DNA from: Chrysomallon squamiferum
Taxonomy: Eukaryota > Animalia > Mollusca
Length of the DNA stretch: 64,000 nucleotides
Direction: 5' to 3'
Assembly: GCA_012295275.1 (NCBI GenBank)
Contig: CM022670.1
Span: forward strand, 24,428,001-24,492,000
The position numbers were made by a program, and so were the translations under genes. Each line of letters starts with the position of its first letter. Positions within the stretch are counted from its first letter, which is position 1. This document shows, piece by piece, positions 55,471 through 64,000 of this stretch. The notes beneath the pieces are model-generated. The model did no database searches, was not told the origin of the DNA, and saw nothing but the letters and a program-made list of their open reading frames with translations.

Positions 55471-57040
55471 AATAAAAAAGAGTAACAACAACATACTGAA
55501 ATACATTTTAGACCGCGAATGACTGATTTTGAAGTCTGAAAAATAAATACTTTGTCACAATAATTTTGATAACATATACATTAAAACAAAATGTTAGTAT
55601 TCAAGTTCTTTGACAGGAACCTGTGTACGGACGGACAGTATGAGCAAGTCCACATGTTGAAATAATACTTGTTTGTATAAAGACAAAGTTTTCCACAGAG
55701 TAAAACAGGTGTCAGTTAACACACAACCAGAAATGATCATTTAGGGAAAAAAAAAAAAAATTAAGTTTTTCTTCTCCAACACAAAACACACCTACGTTTG
55801 TTAACATAGGACACTGAGTTAACAATCGTAGCTATATTTTGGCTGGGATGTCGTTAAATTTTTGTATATATGTCTTCCTCTCTCCATTATAAGAAAGAAA
55901 GAAACAAAGAAAAACAATAAATAAAAGAATATACATATTATGAGTATTAAAATCATTACTTGAAATGTTTTCGGTAGATAAGGCTGAGAATCTAGTGGTG
56001 ACTTTAATGCACAGAATATTAATATTTTCTGTTATTCTTAGTCGTATGTCCCTGTGATCACTGATACCCTTCATTTTCAAAAACAGTCGCTGGGACATTC
56101 ATTTCTATCTGTTACAAGTATTCCGTGCTTTTCAAATCCAGATTCTCTGTCTTGGGATTTGTTAAAAGATGTTCTTGTGGCGCTTTGATTCAATTCTTTT
56201 ATTAGTTACAATATTACTTAAATGAATATAATGATTAACAGGTTTTAAAGACAATTTTCGTATTTCTTTACGTCCGCCTAATAATATATATTTCTTCAAA
56301 ATATGTTGTTCTAAACTTCAGAGTGATATTACACTTTTTTGTTTTCATGTAACATTCAGTAAATGACCTCATTGTAAACACTTGATTTGTTTTTTGTGTG
56401 TTCACCCTTCACATTATGAGCAAGTTGGAAATTCAAGAGTATTTGCACCTCTACTTTACATCACTTGTTGTTTTTTTTAAAAGTTATTGAGCATTATCGT
56501 GATATGAGATATCCTACACTAACCGATACTTAATTATTACTACTGCGGCCTATCAAATAATCACTGGATATTTTTGAGCACCAAAGCAAGAACATTTATT
56601 TTTAATGGGTTTTTTTTAAAATTACTTGGCAAGATAGTAAAAGGTTAATGTGTCACGGGCACTAACTGTGTGTGATATGTCGGTATTTGTTACATGAATA
56701 AGTTCTTTGTCTTTATGAGCACATCGGCGTCTATGATTTTTCTCCTTTTCTTACCAAGCAAACACATCATAGGAAGTTACTGAATATTTCAGAATAACGA
56801 ATGGCGAAAGGCTGATCTTAAATATATTGAACTTATTTTTAACTTTCCAAATTCCGAGCCTAAAAACGGAATCACACGTCAAGAAGCTGCTCGAATATTC
56901 CTTTGAGGATGTATTCTGCATTTCTTAATTTAAAATATCAGCCATATATTTATTCACAACCTTTCTTCTTAACAAACTGTTTGAACAAAAACATCAAAAA
57001 AATATATGCACCATATTGAAACTGTTCAGTGTTGTGTGTA

Positions 57041-62973
<5,933 letters not shown>

Positions 62974-64000
62974 AGCGTTTTTATAAAAAAACTAATCCTT
63001 GGAATGTTTTAAACAATGCTTTTTATTCACTCGGGATATGAAATTCAGTAAATATACATTACTATCTTTGTCCTTTTCAAAACAAACTTATAACTTCCAA
63101 AAATAAGTTTCCACATTAACGTTTCAGAACCTGTTGCTATGTTAAAAACAATGACTTTTCAATTTCTCCAGCACTTTAAATGTTTTCCCTTATACGAATG
63201 TTTTTTTATACAAGCTTAAGTTTTATAAAACATTGCGTCCTTTTGCATTCGAAGTAAATAAGTCAACTGGCTTTCATTAAAAACACTTTTATACAAAGTA
63301 TTCAGAAATAATTAAAATAGTCTTAAGTTTCGCCAGTTTCTTAACATCAAGACCTTCCACACCGAAGTATTTAAAGTAATCTTGCGTAACCGCCTGAACA
63401 CGAGAACAAAAACTTTCGAAAAGCCAAAACGACGGCAACTGACCAAACAGTGACCAAAGGTCCAATTATTAGATTCCAATTAAGGAGATTCGGAGCAAGC
63501 ACGTGTTTTGGAATCGAGAGCGTACATCAAGCGTTTTTCGCTGACCTTTCGGCTGAGTCGAAAAATCAATTAATTCATTTAACGGGTCCTTTGGAAAAGT
63601 GGTCTTCTGAAAGACGACTAACAAGGTTTGTCGCTCTGAAGGTGTAGCAGGGGAAAGGTGGTGAGGAAAAAGCTGCTTGACTTCTAGACGACAGTGAAAA
63701 TGAAACATGATGGAAGCGCGCAGTCTCCATCACACAGCACGGCGTGTCGCACCAACTCATCTCATCTCATTTTCACCCCCATCTCATCCCGTCACGTGGC
63801 ATCTCTCTCGGAGAATTAATAAAAATGATTTTTATTGAACATCTTTGACACGCAATATACACTCAGGCAGTACTGGAATACACATAACAAATTGACGATA
63901 ATGACAAGTTAATTAAAGTCAGATCGAAAAGTGACATTTATATGTGAAATGCATTCAGTAGACAAATATATTAGCAGAGTAAGAAACAGTACACGCTATA

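Overview
This is AT-rich, microsatellite-dense animal genomic DNA with spliceosomal introns. A mollusc, probably a gastropod, is inferred from the composition and a recurring SINE-like repeat; this is not proven. Four spliced protein-coding genes can be rebuilt by hand with consistent GT-AG sites and reading phases. (1) The 5' part of an adhesion GPCR on the minus strand (signal peptide, CUB, divergent CUB, 6 EGF, HormR, start of GAIN), which runs off the left edge. (2) A complete 5-exon SRD5A3/polyprenol reductase on the plus strand, head-to-head with gene 1. (3 and 4) A convergent (tail-to-tail) pair of TMEM272-like four-TM paralogues. The plus-strand copy lacks one intron, has a +1 frameshift in its last exon and has a candidate alternative first exon. 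Non-coding features include a TA-flanked Tc1/mariner/pogo-type MITE, a hAT-type MITE with an 8-bp TSD, a 0.6-0.8 kb inverted repeat pair, decayed LINE fragments, SINE remnants and many microsatellites. Most ORFs in the supplied track are microsatellite or intron artefacts. No CRISPR array, rRNA or tRNA was seen, and nothing here can be called a proven novel system.
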